NCBI GenBank assembly: GCA_951406725.2
Contig: OX597839.1
Span: 2,418,001-2,482,000 of the forward strand
Length of the DNA stretch: 64,000 nt
Direction: 5' to 3'
DNA from: Octopus vulgaris
Lineage: Eukaryota
The position numbers and the translations under genes were made by a program. Shown here one piece after another: positions 25,372 through 39,253 of the stretch. Every line of letters starts with the position of its first letter. Positions within the stretch are counted from its first letter, which is position 1. The notes under the pieces are model-generated. The model was given only the letters and a program-made list of their open reading frames with translations, made no database searches and had not been told where the DNA came from.

Positions 25372-27141
25372 ATATATGTGTGGTGCGTGTGTTTGTGTAT
25401 CTGTGTTTGTCCCCCCCAACATCGCTTGACAACCGATGCTGGTATGTTTATGTCCCCGTTACTTAGCGGTTCGGCAAAAGAGACCGATAGAATAAGTACT
25501 GGGCTTACAAAGAATAAGTCCCGGGGTCGATTTGCTCGACTAAAAGGCGGTGCTCCAGCATGGCCACAGTCAAATGACTGAAACAAGTAAAAGAGTAAAG
25601 AGTAATTCGTACCAAAGGACAATAACTGTGTTACACAGTGTATTATGTATCAATGTTGGCCATTAATGCACAGATATGCACATATAAATACATAAGAAAT
25701 TGAAGATATGCACAGACACTTGTGTGTCAGCCTAACTGTATGTGTCGACCTATTTATATCTAGAAGTATGTTTGCATCCCAAGTGTTCATGAAAATGCAA
25801 AACAACATTTATGTACATATTGGTTACAAAATCTGACAGAAAGCCAACCTTTTCAGGGAGTGGGTAAATTGATTACATTACCCCACCACCACCACCAGTG
25901 CTCTACTGCCCCCCCCCACCACCAGTGCTCTACTGCCCCCCCCCCCACCACCAGTGCTCTACTGCCCCCCACCACCACCGCTCTACTGCCCCCCCCCCCC
26001 CCACCATCACCACCAGTGCTCTAGGTTAAGACTCCAAAAGGATGAAAGGCAAAGTTGATCTCAGTGGTTCATTTATGTATATATTGTGCCTATTTCTGTA
26101 CCGTATGAAGGCGTGGCCTAGTGGCTATGGGTGTTGCATTCATGATCGTAATATCACGGTTTCAATCCCCAGACTGAGTGGTGAGTTGTGTTTTTGAGAA
26201 AAAAAGCTTCATATCACGTTGCTCCACTCCACTCAGCTGTTAATGAGTTCCAGTAATATCTGCGAAGTTCACTCTATGATGGACCGGTGTCCCCTTCAAA
26301 GGGATTGAGAATTTAGTAAAATCAATCATGTACATGCCAAGGAAACCTAGTTAAGCACTTGCCTTATGAGTCATGGGGCCATGACAGAGTTAAGCCCAGT
26401 CTAGTACAATCCTATTGTGAATATTTGTACAAATGCACAGACATACACACCTGCATTCTTGCACTTTACGATTTCACATTTTATGTGCATGCTGTTACTG
26501 TCAATTACGACGACAGGTGTTCCAGTTGATCTGATCAATCGAACATCTTCCTTGTGAAATTAACGTCCAAATGGCTGGCTGAGTATTCTACAGACACGCA
26601 TACACTTAACATGGTTCTCATGGAGATTCAGCATGACAAGGTTGGCCCCCAAAAAAACAAGGACGGGTCATTCAAAGTTTTCTATCTTCAGTCAAGAACC
26701 AGATTATCCTCACAATTTCGGCTGATTATTCTTGAGGTTGCTTTAATCTGGCCAGCACCAAGGAAAAACTAAGCTAAGAGCATTAGATTTCTTGGAAGAA
26801 AACATCGAATGTATACAAAAACAGGACGAATTGAATTAAGCTGGTGCATGTGCAAATTAAACCTTACGGCAGAGATACAAAAATTTCACAAACACGGAAG
26901 AATATCAATGTTGCACGGACCACGGTCAGACCTAGAAAGAAAGAGCGAGCAGTCTGGACGATATATTTGCACAGGTCAAGGTGTAAAATTCAGAGAAGGT
27001 GCCATGGGATTGAACCCAGAACTATGTGGTTGGGAAGCAAGCTTCTTACCATGCAATGGTGATGCCCCAGCCAGGTCAAGGCAGTGCCTCAGTGTTTCGA
27101 GTTAATGACTCAAACATGTAAAAGATATATATAAACACACA

Positions 27142-27179
<38 letters not shown>

Positions 27180-27215
27180 TGTGTGTTTATATATATCATG
27201 TTTTTATCACCAAAG

Positions 27216-27264
<49 letters not shown>

Positions 27265-30200
27265 TACAGGTTTGGTAATGAAAGATATATCTTTATATAT
27301 ATATATATACATAATGTGATATGATATATATAAGATGTGTGAGTGTATGATAAAGAGAGACCAGTTGTTTTAAATGTTTATCAGATATTAGCTTGTGGAG
27401 AGTGAGGTGATGGGGTTAGCTGTTATAGATAGCAGATACGATAAGAAGGTGAGTGGGGGTGGAGTGGGATAAAAAGAACAAGAGAAAATGGTATGTCCCT
27501 TCCTCCCACCATGACTATGATGACGCTGACAATGATGGCGCCATGGATACATTATCGCTGAAATGAATTAGTGACTTGAGTGAGGTGAAACGGTGACAAA
27601 CTAGGACTTGATCCCAAGGTGGAACATTCGCTTTGTCCTTTGCTAACAGGATGGACAAGCATCATCATCATGATTTGATTTGAAAGGGATTTAACTGTTA
27701 CTTTTTGTAGGTCAAGGACCACATAGAAGTTACCCTCAGATCTTGTTTCATTCTTGCTAACTTAACCAGCTTGCCTTCTTCCTTCTCCTCCTCCTCCTAC
27801 TCCTCCTCATCATCATCATCATTTAATGTCTAATGCTGGCATGGAACATAGGATGTGATGGGTCCACTCAAAGACTGCTTGAGATTCACTGTCTGCTTTG
27901 GAATGGTTTCTACAGTTGGATGGCCTTCCTAAACCAACCACTTTACTGCTTGTTAAGTGAATTCTGCTTTGAGTCTTCAGACTCAGCAGGCCAGTTAGCT
28001 GGTTTCCTTGGGTTCATTAGTGACTGAGGCCCCTTACAATGCCCTTAAATGGGATTATGGTTCATCTGAAGGTTACTCATTTACAGCAATGTGGAAAGAT
28101 ATGTTTTGCTGAAGAATAAAACACATTGCCCACTCTGGGATTTGAAACCACAATCTTTCAATTGTAATTACAACAACCTAACCATTAGGCCATGTGCCTT
28201 CAATTTACAGTGTGTACTGTGTGCTTTTTCTTCTTACCACCAGCACCAGTAAGGTTGCCATGCAGTCATGGCCAGATTAAGACCCATTGAGGCCCTAAGC
28301 ACTTAAAAGATTTTGGTGCCCCCATAAAAGATTATGTAATTCAAACCATAAAATAAAATTTTATTTTTCAAAATGAATCAAAACAGTAAGACGGGAAAAT
28401 AATGTTTATTTTTGTATACTTCCGCTTTATTTGTATTTGAAAAGTTTCCTCCTACTTTTTGGAATTGCAAAATCTTTGATCAGATCCTCAAAATTAATCT
28501 TTCACATGCCACCAGCACAAGTGCTAGTAAGGCGACACGGTAACGATCATGCTCGAATGGTGTGTTTAACGTGCCATCGGCACGAAGGCCAGCTTGTTGC
28601 TCTGGCAACGATCTCACTCGTATCAATTAATATCATTAATTCAAAACAATTAATTCAATTAATATCATTAATTCAAAACAATTAATTCAATTAATATCAT
28701 TAATTCAAAACAATTAATTCAATTAATATCATTAATTCAAAACAATTAATTCAATTAATATCATTAATTCAAAACAATTAATTCAATTAATATCATTAAT
28801 TCAAAACAATTAATTCAATTAATATCATTAATTCAAAACAATTAATTCAATTAATATCATTAATTCAAAACAATTAATTCAATTAATATCATTAATTCAA
28901 AACAGTTAATTCAATTAATATCATTAATTCAAAACAATTAATTCAATTAATATCATTAATTCAAAACAATTAATTCAATTAATATCATTAATTCAAAACA
29001 ATGATAAATATTACATTTGACAGAATAATCAGAATGCTAAAAGGTGAACCCAGCCATATCCATCTCAAAGCATTTTACTTGTTTTACGTTCAAAGTGACC
29101 AGATCAGACCTCTCACGCCTGCCCTATAATGTCATTTTAATGATAAACTGCTACATCATTGAAATCTCATAGTTACTTATATAATGCATGATTAATTCAA
29201 AACAATGTGAATAAATATGCATTACATTCGACAGAGTGGTCTAGATGCTATTGGGTTACAGATGCTAGCCTGTGCTTAACTCTCTTTTACTCTTTTTACT
29301 CTTTTACTTGTTTCAGTCACTTTGACTGCGGCCATGCTGGAGCACCGCCTTTAGTCGAGCAAATCGACCCTGGGACTTATCCTTTGTAAGCCCAGTACTT
29401 ATTCTATCGGTCTCTTTTGCTGAACCGCTAAGTGACGGGGGACGTAAACACACCAGCATCGGTTGTCAAGCAATGCTAGGGGGACAAACACAGACACACA
29501 AACACACACATACATATACATATATATACATATATACGACAGGCTTCTTTCAGTTTCCGTCTACCAAATCCACTCACAAGGCATTGGTTGGCCTGGGGCT
29601 ATAGCAGAAGACACTTGCCCAAGATGCCACGCAGTGGGACTGAACCCGGAACCATGTAGTTGGTTAGCAAGCTACTTACCACACAGCCACTCCTGCGCCT
29701 ATGTATATTTTCTATGCAGAATGTATCTCTGGAAAATTTTTGCAATGTCATTACAGCTTATCTATGTATGATATAAATAAAATACCGTCTGAGTTGGGTT
29801 AATTGAATTCACTAACCTTTTCAGTTCCATCAAAACAAATTGCATTGTCATTGTTTTGCATTGCCACAGAGGTTCGTACAGAGGTTTGGAAGGAGAGAGA
29901 GAGAAAGAATGAAAGAAGGAAGTAGCAGGAGGGAGAGAGATGTGTGGGCGGGGCTTGGTGGGAGTGATATGCAAATTTTGTAACAAAACACAAGTTATGA
30001 CCCAAAAAATGAGGTCTCTGAATTTTACACCTTGACCTGTGAATAATACCAGTCAAACCACACTTGAAATATATACTCCATTATTTTTGAAGAGATAAAA
30101 TATATTAGGTACACTATATAATGTATGTATATGCATGTTTAAGCTGACTATATATGTGTGTGTCTGTGTGTATGTGTTTTGTGGATTCTTTTTGAGGTCT

Positions 30201-31233
30201 GCATTATTACTAGTTTCACAAATGCAAAAGCACGTCTGGGTCACTTGAGATGAAAGAGACTGTGAGTTGTGGTTTCCATGGCTTCTAAATATAACTTATT
30301 GCCAACACATAACACCCCAGCACACACAAACACACACATGCACAGACACACATACATACACATGCATACATTCACACATAAACACACACACACACTCTCT
30401 CTCTCTCTCTCTCTCACGCACTCACACACACACATGCATTAGTTTTCCTGTACAAACAAGAAATAAAATTATTCAATACAAACCAGCAGTCTACTACTAC
30501 CACTACAATAACTACTACTACTACTACAGCTGCGTGCATGTGCACTTATACACGAGTACTGTCCAAATCTCCGACTAATCACATACAGCTAGCAAGCTTT
30601 CAAATTGGCATATCAAGTTTCGGGTTTTGGATAGAAAATTCGCCAAAAAGTCACTTCTGTTGATTTTTTAATGGCTTTGCAGGGTGACTAGGGAAATGTA
30701 AAGATGTGCACGACCACCCTTGGACGGTTTTGAATGACCATAGAAAGTGTGAGCCCTCTAACTGAAAATTTGTGGATAAATCCAGATATGGTTGTGAATA
30801 AAGAGGAAAAAAATATTGTTTACTCTCTTGCGAACGGATTTGGTACTGACAGTCTGTGGAGTGTCCTGGTATTTGGCCATTCAGTAACTACATAATTTTT
30901 CAGACAAGGAATTTTACAGTGTATTTTCAGATTCTTCTTAATGTGGCATATTTGAAAACATGGTGCTGCACAGAGCAAGGCATTGCACTGCTCACATACA
31001 TAGTGATTCAATGCCGTTAGTACTCTCTTTACTCTTTTACTCATTTCAGTCATTTGGCTGCGGCCATGCTGGAGCACTGCCTTTAGTCGAGCAAATCGAC
31101 CCCGGGACTTATTCTTTGTAAGCCCAGTACTTATTCTATCGGTCTCTTTTTGGCAAACCGCTAAGTGACGGGGACGTAAACACACCAGCATCGGTTGTCA
31201 AGCAATGCTAGGGGGACAAACACAGACACACAA

Positions 31234-31266
<33 letters not shown>

Positions 31267-34202
31267 CATATATACGACGGGCTTCTTTCAGTTTCCGTCT
31301 ACCAAATCCACTCACAAGGCATTGGTCGGCCCGGGGCTATAGCAGAAGACACTTGCCCAAGATGCCACGCAGTGGGACTGAACCCAGAACCATGTGGTTG
31401 GTAAGCAAGCTACTTACCACACAGCCACTCCTGCTTCCTTTCTGCAAGGAGTCAACCCTTTAGCATTCAGATTCTTCTGTCAAATGTATTTATTCACATT
31501 GTTTTGAATTAATCCAGCATTATGTCATAGCTTGAAAGTTTTCAATGATGTGGTTGTTGTGAGAAACCAGATTTGGCCAGTTTGGACATGAAACAAGTTA
31601 GAATAATTTCAGCTGGGCAAAACTGGTCCAAATGCCAAAGGGTTAATCAAAGATGGTGTATGTCCTGATGATAGCAGTATATCAGGAGAAGAAGAAGAGA
31701 AGCAAATTAGACAGGATGGATTGAATTAAGAGATAAAAAGACTATGGGCATTGAAGAAGGTTGGTGTTGTCTCTGTTGTTGTTGTTTGAGCTTTGGGAAT
31801 TATAAGGACCAAGCTTACAAATAGGATTGAAAAAGATAAGGGAACATGTGAAGAGAGAGCATCTATAGAACACAATGTTGCTTGAAATTGAATAAATCCC
31901 CTGCAGGGTCCTTGAAGTCTGAATGGAGAGGGTTACCCCAGTCCCATGGTTGTTACGTTCTGTTGTGAAATTGCTGTGTTAAAGAAGACAATAATAAATA
32001 TGTGTGTGTGTGTATGTGTGTGTGTGTGTGTTTGCCTCTTATATCAAGCAATGTGTTTCTTTTAACCTTTTAAACTCTCTATCACAATTCTTTCCTAGAT
32101 TCAAAAGATGGCCCTATAACTATCTAAAACAGTTTGGATATCCAGGACCGAAACCCTCCTTTCCTTGGGGCAGCTTGAAAGAAGTTCAACGCAAGGTCAG
32201 TATATTTGCATATCCTGTCAATATTGCCTTTCAATACAGTTGTTGTTGCTGTTGAGCGAACGGTCTTCGTCCCAGAGCTCGCAAGATGGGAGAAGTCCGA
32301 AATGTGGTCCTTTGTTATTCATAAGACCCACAGAAGAGAAAGCAGGTCAACCCACGACACCAAGAGCATTGACGGATGGATGAATGCACATCCAGGCTCA
32401 GCGGTGGTTGCATAGGAAGTCGGGGACAAAAAACAGGAAGAAAGAGTGACAGAAAGTTGGGGGCGAAAGAGTACAACAGGGGTCGCCACCACCCCCTGCC
32501 GGAGCCTCGTGGAGCTTTAGGTGTTTTCGCTCAATAAACACACACAATGCCCAGTCTGGGAATTGAAATCATGATCCCCCAACCGCGAGTCCACTGCCCT
32601 AACCACTGGGCCATTGCATGCTGTTGTTGCTGTTGATTGTTTTGCCGCATGTCTTCTATGTTTGAGATCTATAATCAAAAGCATTCTTGCCATGGCATAG
32701 GCATGGCTGTGTGGTAAGGAGTTTGCTTCCCAACTACATTGTTCTAGGTTCAGTCCCACAGTGCAGACTCTGACTACCTTGATTACCTTATCCACCCATT
32801 TCTCTGCAAGAAGTATACCCACCCCTCGACCCTGTCAGTGTTCCCAGCACCCAGAAAATCATATACCTATGTTCTTTGCCAGTGAGGAACCTAGCAGAAT
32901 CTCTTCTCCACCTCACTTCTTGGATGCAGCACAAATCTACACGTCTCCATTCAAGCATCTCAGCAATCTCACCAGACCTACCTTTCAGCGTACCTACAGT
33001 GAGTGTGCCAACCCTGAGGGTGTGGGAGGTGTGGGCTTGTGAGACCCTGGGATGAGGGACAGCAGCATCATGTACCTGAAAAGAAAGCTCGCATTTAGCA
33101 GAATTCATAAACAAACAATAGCCTTCAACCTGCATACACTACACAATCATTTTTATTTGCTACATGATCACTACCTTACATAGGAGATAAACCCTAAATA
33201 GGGGTGGGGATGGCGTTAAGTCTTTAGAAGTGTTCATGGGAGACCTCCAATAGAGATCAGAGGATATATATTCAGGGTGTTCAAGCTTAATTTGACTGTA
33301 TGCTTAAAAGGTAAAGAAAGCACAATATCCCATCCAAAAATCTAAAAAAAAAGTATTCTTGTCATCTTGTGAAGCAAGTGGAGGTAGGAGGTGTTGCTAT
33401 AGTTTTCATTAAATTTCTTGATCTTAGTGGAAATGAGTGCTTTGTCACTTTGTGAACCACAAGCATAAGATAACGATTATGAAATAAGGAACAAAAACAA
33501 TGCAAAATGTGTGTAGATTTGAATGAGAGCCTTGGTACAAGTGGAATTGTTGTCTTCACTTTATCAACAACAACAACAACAAAAAATGTAAAAGCCCTAT
33601 CAGGTAATGTCAGCTGTTTTCATTAGATAATCTATTATGACTGTCACAAAAACAAACAGAAAAAACCACAAAAACCTAGGTTATCTTATGGTGGTGGTGG
33701 TGGTGATGGTGTGTAGTTGGGGAAGGTTTTTAGACAGTACGATATACATGCATATCATCATCATCATCATTTAATGTCTGCTTTCCATGCTAGCATGGGT
33801 TGGACGATTTGACTGAGGTCTGGCGAACCAGATGGCTGCACCAATCTGATCTGGCAGAGTTTCTACAGCTGGATACCCTTCCTAATGCCAACCACTCCGA
33901 GAGTGTAGTGGATGTTTTTACGTGCCACCGGCACAAGGGCCAGTTTGGTGGTACTGGCAACGGCCATGCCCAAATGGTGCTTTTTATGTGCCACCTGCAC
34001 AGGAGCCAGTCCAGCGGCACTGGCGACGACCTCGCACAAATGTTTCACGTGCCACCAGCACAAGTGCTATTAAGGCAACGCGGTAACGATCACACATGAA
34101 TGGTGTGTTTAACGTGCCATCAGCACGAATGCCAGCTTGTTGCTCTGGCAACAATCTCACTCGTATGGTACTCTTAGCGCTCCACTAGCAATGGATGCCA
34201 GT

Positions 34203-34236
<34 letters not shown>

Positions 34237-37088
34237 ATATTAGGGAGTATAACTCCAAACTTACAGGGAAAAATTCTATTTAATATTAAATCAAATTTCA
34301 CAATATAAATATATAATTATATGAATTAGAGAAAAGCCACTATTATGTACTTCAAACAATGACAGACATAAAACATATCATATAGAAAAAATAAAATATA
34401 TGATAAAACATTTATGTAGATCATAAAAAGTACATAATAATAAATAAACAGTATATAATAAGTAAAAAGACTATGTACGTTTCAAGGCTATAACTTTAAT
34501 TCAAATTACAATTAAATTTAAATCTAATCGATCCCAAAACAATTCAATTTAAAAGTATAGTCACTCCTCAGGTCAACAATAATAACAATAATAGTTAAAT
34601 AAATACATAATTTTAATAAATAATCAAACAGAATTAAACAATATTTCTTAAAGAATATCCCTGATGAAAATTGGCTGTTGACCAGTGTAATAATAATAAT
34701 AATAATAATAATAATATTAATAATAATGTAATTATATAATAAAATGTCATATGTTTTGGTGAGTGACATTTGGCTCACTCTGTACATACAACAAACACAC
34801 TTACTCACGTACACTACACATACACACACATATATATTACATTTTTCTTTTTCTGTTTTTTTTTTCAGGGAAAATATGCGGTTGATGCAGAATGGTTGAA
34901 TAAATATGGCGATGTTGTGGGGTAAGAATTCATTTGGTTTAAATTCATTTACCTTTTATCTGCTTTTTTTTAAAAAAATCTTTTACTTGTTTGGCAAAAA
35001 ATATTGATAGAAGAAATGCTGGAGTTAAAAAGAAGCCTTGGGTTTGATTTGGATCTGAAACCACATGGTTGGGACATGAACTTCATAACCACACAGCCAT
35101 GCCTGCTCCTCAACCATTCCTAGGCTTCTACCATTCCTGCACCTCTATCATTCCTGCACTTCTACCATTCCAACTCTTCTACCATTTCTGCTCACTTACC
35201 ATTCTTGCACGTTTACCATTCCTGCACTTCTACCATTCCAACTCTTCTACCATTTCTGCTCACCTACCATTCTTGCACGTTTACCATTCCTGCACTTCTA
35301 CCATTCCTGTGACTCTACTACCCTTGCTATTCAACACTCCTGTGTTTCTACCATTCCTGTGCTTCTACCGTTGCAAATTTTCTAACATTCCTATTCCTCT
35401 ACCATTCCAACTCTTCTACCATTTCTGTTCACCTGCCATTCCTGCACTTCTACCATTCTTGCTATTCATCCATTCCAACTTTTCTACCATTCCTGTGCCT
35501 CTACCATTCCAACTTTTCTACCATTCCTATGCCTCTACCATTCTTTCACCTCTACCATTCTTTCACCTCTACCATTCCTAAATCTCTACCTGCTCTTCTA
35601 GCAGTGCTCTTCTTCTCTGCAACATTAGTAAAATATTCTATCTTGTTAGCATTGACAAATGATATTGTGAAGATGAGTACTAGAGTTTAAAACAGTGTAT
35701 AATAATTAATTAGTGATGTAGTATAATTAGTCACAGGATTACTTGGATTGTACTAAAACATGGTCCTTGACTTATTACTGGACTAGTTTCACAAAGGTTG
35801 TGTCTCACCACAAAGCTGGTTTTTGTATTCCTGATTCAATGTGGTGTTTATGACGTCTGATATTTATTGTGTTAAAATCTAAATGGCTCAATATTTCTCC
35901 TCTGAACTGCACTGGAAAGCAGACAAAACAACATGATGATGATGATGATGCTGATATTAATGTTGCTGATGGTGATTGTGCAGAAATATATGGACAAAGA
36001 GTAAAGTATACAAAGCAAATAGCTGTGAATAGACTAAATGGGTCACATTTTGTTTACTTAAAACCAGATAACATATCTGTTGGTTGGAGAAGTTCTTTTA
36101 TGTTTACTGAAGTGAAAGAGGAATAATAAACTCAATCACATGCACACGCACACAGATGCGTGTATGTAAATTCTCCTCAGTGTATGTATGTGGGGCAGAA
36201 GGGGTGATGGTATCATCATCATTGCGGTGAGCTGGCAGAATCGTTAGCACGCCGGGCGAAATGCGTAGCCGTATTTCATCTGCCATTACATTCTGAGTTC
36301 AAATTCCACTGAGGTCGACTTTGCCTTTCATCCTTTCGGGGTTGATTAAATAAGTACCAGTTACGCACTGGGGTCGATATAATCGACTTAATCCTTTTGT
36401 CTGTCCTTGTTTGTCCTCTCTCTGTTTAGCCCCTTGTGGGTAGTAAAGAAATAGGTATCATCATTGTCATCATCATCATCATCATCGTTTTAAAGTCCCC
36501 TTTTTCATGCTTGCATTTGTCGTATGGAGTTTACTGAGGTAGATTTTCTGCAGCTAGATGCTCTTCCTGTCAATAAACCTCACCTGCTTCCAAGTCAGGA
36601 AATATTGATCCAAGTCCAGACATGTTCTCACAGAATACTGGAAATCAATGACACTGCTTGTATGACAGGGGCACTTGTTTACAACCATCGCATGATGTCA
36701 AGGCAAGAATACACAAGCATAAACACACATACATACACACATGCATACAGATAAATGCAGTTAGGTTTGACTTATATATATATATATATATATATTCACA
36801 TGGAACACAACAAAAACAATAAAATCTAAAGAAATTATGTAATGTCTTAACTTGACAGCTGTTTCAGGAAGCCAAGAGTTGTGCAATAATCATAATTTAC
36901 AGGTGCTATAAGCAAAATGACATGAGTATGCAACAGGACACATCAAAATACCACAGTAAGTCTGCTTCCTGTCTTCAAGGAAAGATTTGGTATTTGAATA
37001 CATACATACATGAATACACACACACATACACCTATATATTTATATATATATATAGATATGTATGTATGTATATTTGTATGTGTTTGTT

Positions 37089-37143
<55 letters not shown>

Positions 37144-39173
37144 ATATGTATGTATGTATATATACATATGTATATATGTGTGTGTGTGTAATGGACTTCT
37201 TTCAGTTTCCACTTACCATATTCACTCACAAGTGTTTGGGTGGCCCAGGGCTATAGAACACTTTAGTCCAAGGTGCTGCATTGTGGGACTGAACACAGAA
37301 CCTTGTGGTTGGAAAGTAAACTTAAACTTCTTAGCACACATTTATACACAGAAATTGTATCTCCAATTTATCTTTTGGTTGTTTCAGTCATTTATTCATG
37401 CGGCCAAGCTGTGGCAATGCTTTGAAAGGTTTTGTTGAATAAACTGAACTCTAGTACTTTTTTTAACATTTGGCATTTATTTTGTCAGTCTCTTTTGCCA
37501 AACTGCTTATTTATATATATTTTTGGTTTTTAGCTTTTATCTTGGAAGACAGCCAGCAGTGCTGATTGGAGATCCAGAGATGTTGGAACAAATAATGGTG
37601 AAACAGTTCCATAACTTCACAAACCGATATGTAAGTCAGTTTATCATTTCAAACATTAACTCTTTAGCTGTCAGATTTCTTTGTCAAATTTCTGAATGGA
37701 TTTAGAGAGATCGGCAAAGTATTTTCTCCACTTACCAAAGATGCTCCCCTCTATAGAGCGAAGAACCTTCAACTGAGTTCTTAAAGGAAACCGTGGAAGA
37801 GGGATTCTTCTTACAAAGTCGATGGATGGTCTGCCAGAATACTTCATTTGCTGATCTTAAGTCAGAATCCCAGCTGAGCCAACCGACAGGAGACCTAAAG
37901 GGGAGGCCAAAAAATGGGATGGTTGGGTAAAATCCATAGTTCCAGTTTGTGATTCTTGGAAATCCATCAGGAAAGTTTAATGGCAGCTGCTTCTGACAGG
38001 ACCCTAAGGAGGAGGTGCCTGAGGACTCTATCCCCACAAAGTTCTTAGGAATAGTGGGTGGGTAGAAAAATGGATGGTTATTGTATTACATTCCAGTGTG
38101 AAACCCTCATCAAACAGACCCCGATTAAACAACAAATGTGTACATACAAACTTACAGCAGTTTTATGACAAAAAAGCTGAGTCCCAAAAGCTGTAGTGGA
38201 AGATCCAAGAAAAGAGGGTTTGGGTCTCATTTAACAACAAAGGCCAAGTGAGTTGAGTAACCAGAAGCCAAAGTATTCCTAGAACTACATTTCAAAAATC
38301 TTACAACACATGTTTTGAGGAATATTTGGCTGCTATTTTTACAAAGTCTCAAACTAATGTATGGAGGTCTCTATCAGCTTGTCAAAATATTTGTTAATAA
38401 TCTGAGATAGTAGGCAGTGAGCTGACGGAATCATCATCATACCGGACATTTTGTCTATCTTTTCATTAGCAGCATTTTGTCTATCTTTACATTCTGAGTT
38501 CAAATTCCACCAAGCTCAATTTTATCTTTTATCCTTTTGGGATCGATAAAATAAGTACCAGTTGAACATTGGGTGGGTCGATGTAATTGACCCCTCCCCA
38601 AAATTGCTGGCCTTGTGCCAAAATTTGAAATTGACAATTTGAGATAATGCTTTTTTTTTTTTGCCTTTTCTCTCTTTTACGTTTTCAAATTTCCTTTCAG
38701 AAACTTGTTCCTATGGATAGTTTTTCCAAGAAAACGGTCCTTAGTGCCAAAAATGAACATTGGAAATACTTGAGGACAATTCTGTCACCGAATTTTTCAG
38801 CCAAAAAGCTTAAAGAGGTATATTTTATGTATATAATCTATGTACGTGATCAGCTTCCATACATATGCACAGACACTTTTTTTATTATTTACTTTTTACT
38901 TGTTTCAGTCATGTGACTGCAGCCATGCTGGAGCACCACCTCAAAGAATTTTTACTACTTTCTTTCTTTGCCTAGTATTTAAAAGATAAAATATAGATAC
39001 CTTAAGCAAGTATCTTCTATTCTCACCTTGGGCTGACTAAAGCCTTGTGAGTGAATTTGGTAGATGGAAACTGAAAGAAGCCCATCATATATATATGTAT
39101 TGTTTTACTTTTTTACTTGCTCTGAGCTGAAAGTACGGTTAGAAATCAATATATAGATATATATAGATAGATG

Positions 39174-39253
<80 letters not shown>

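Noticed and set aside
28623-29002. CRISPR-like 32-bp periodic array
   Set aside because: No unique spacers and no cas genes; a head-to-tail eukaryotic minisatellite.
35069-35581. 170-aa hydrophobic ORF
   Set aside because: Translation of the CTACCATT minisatellite in CYP intron 3.
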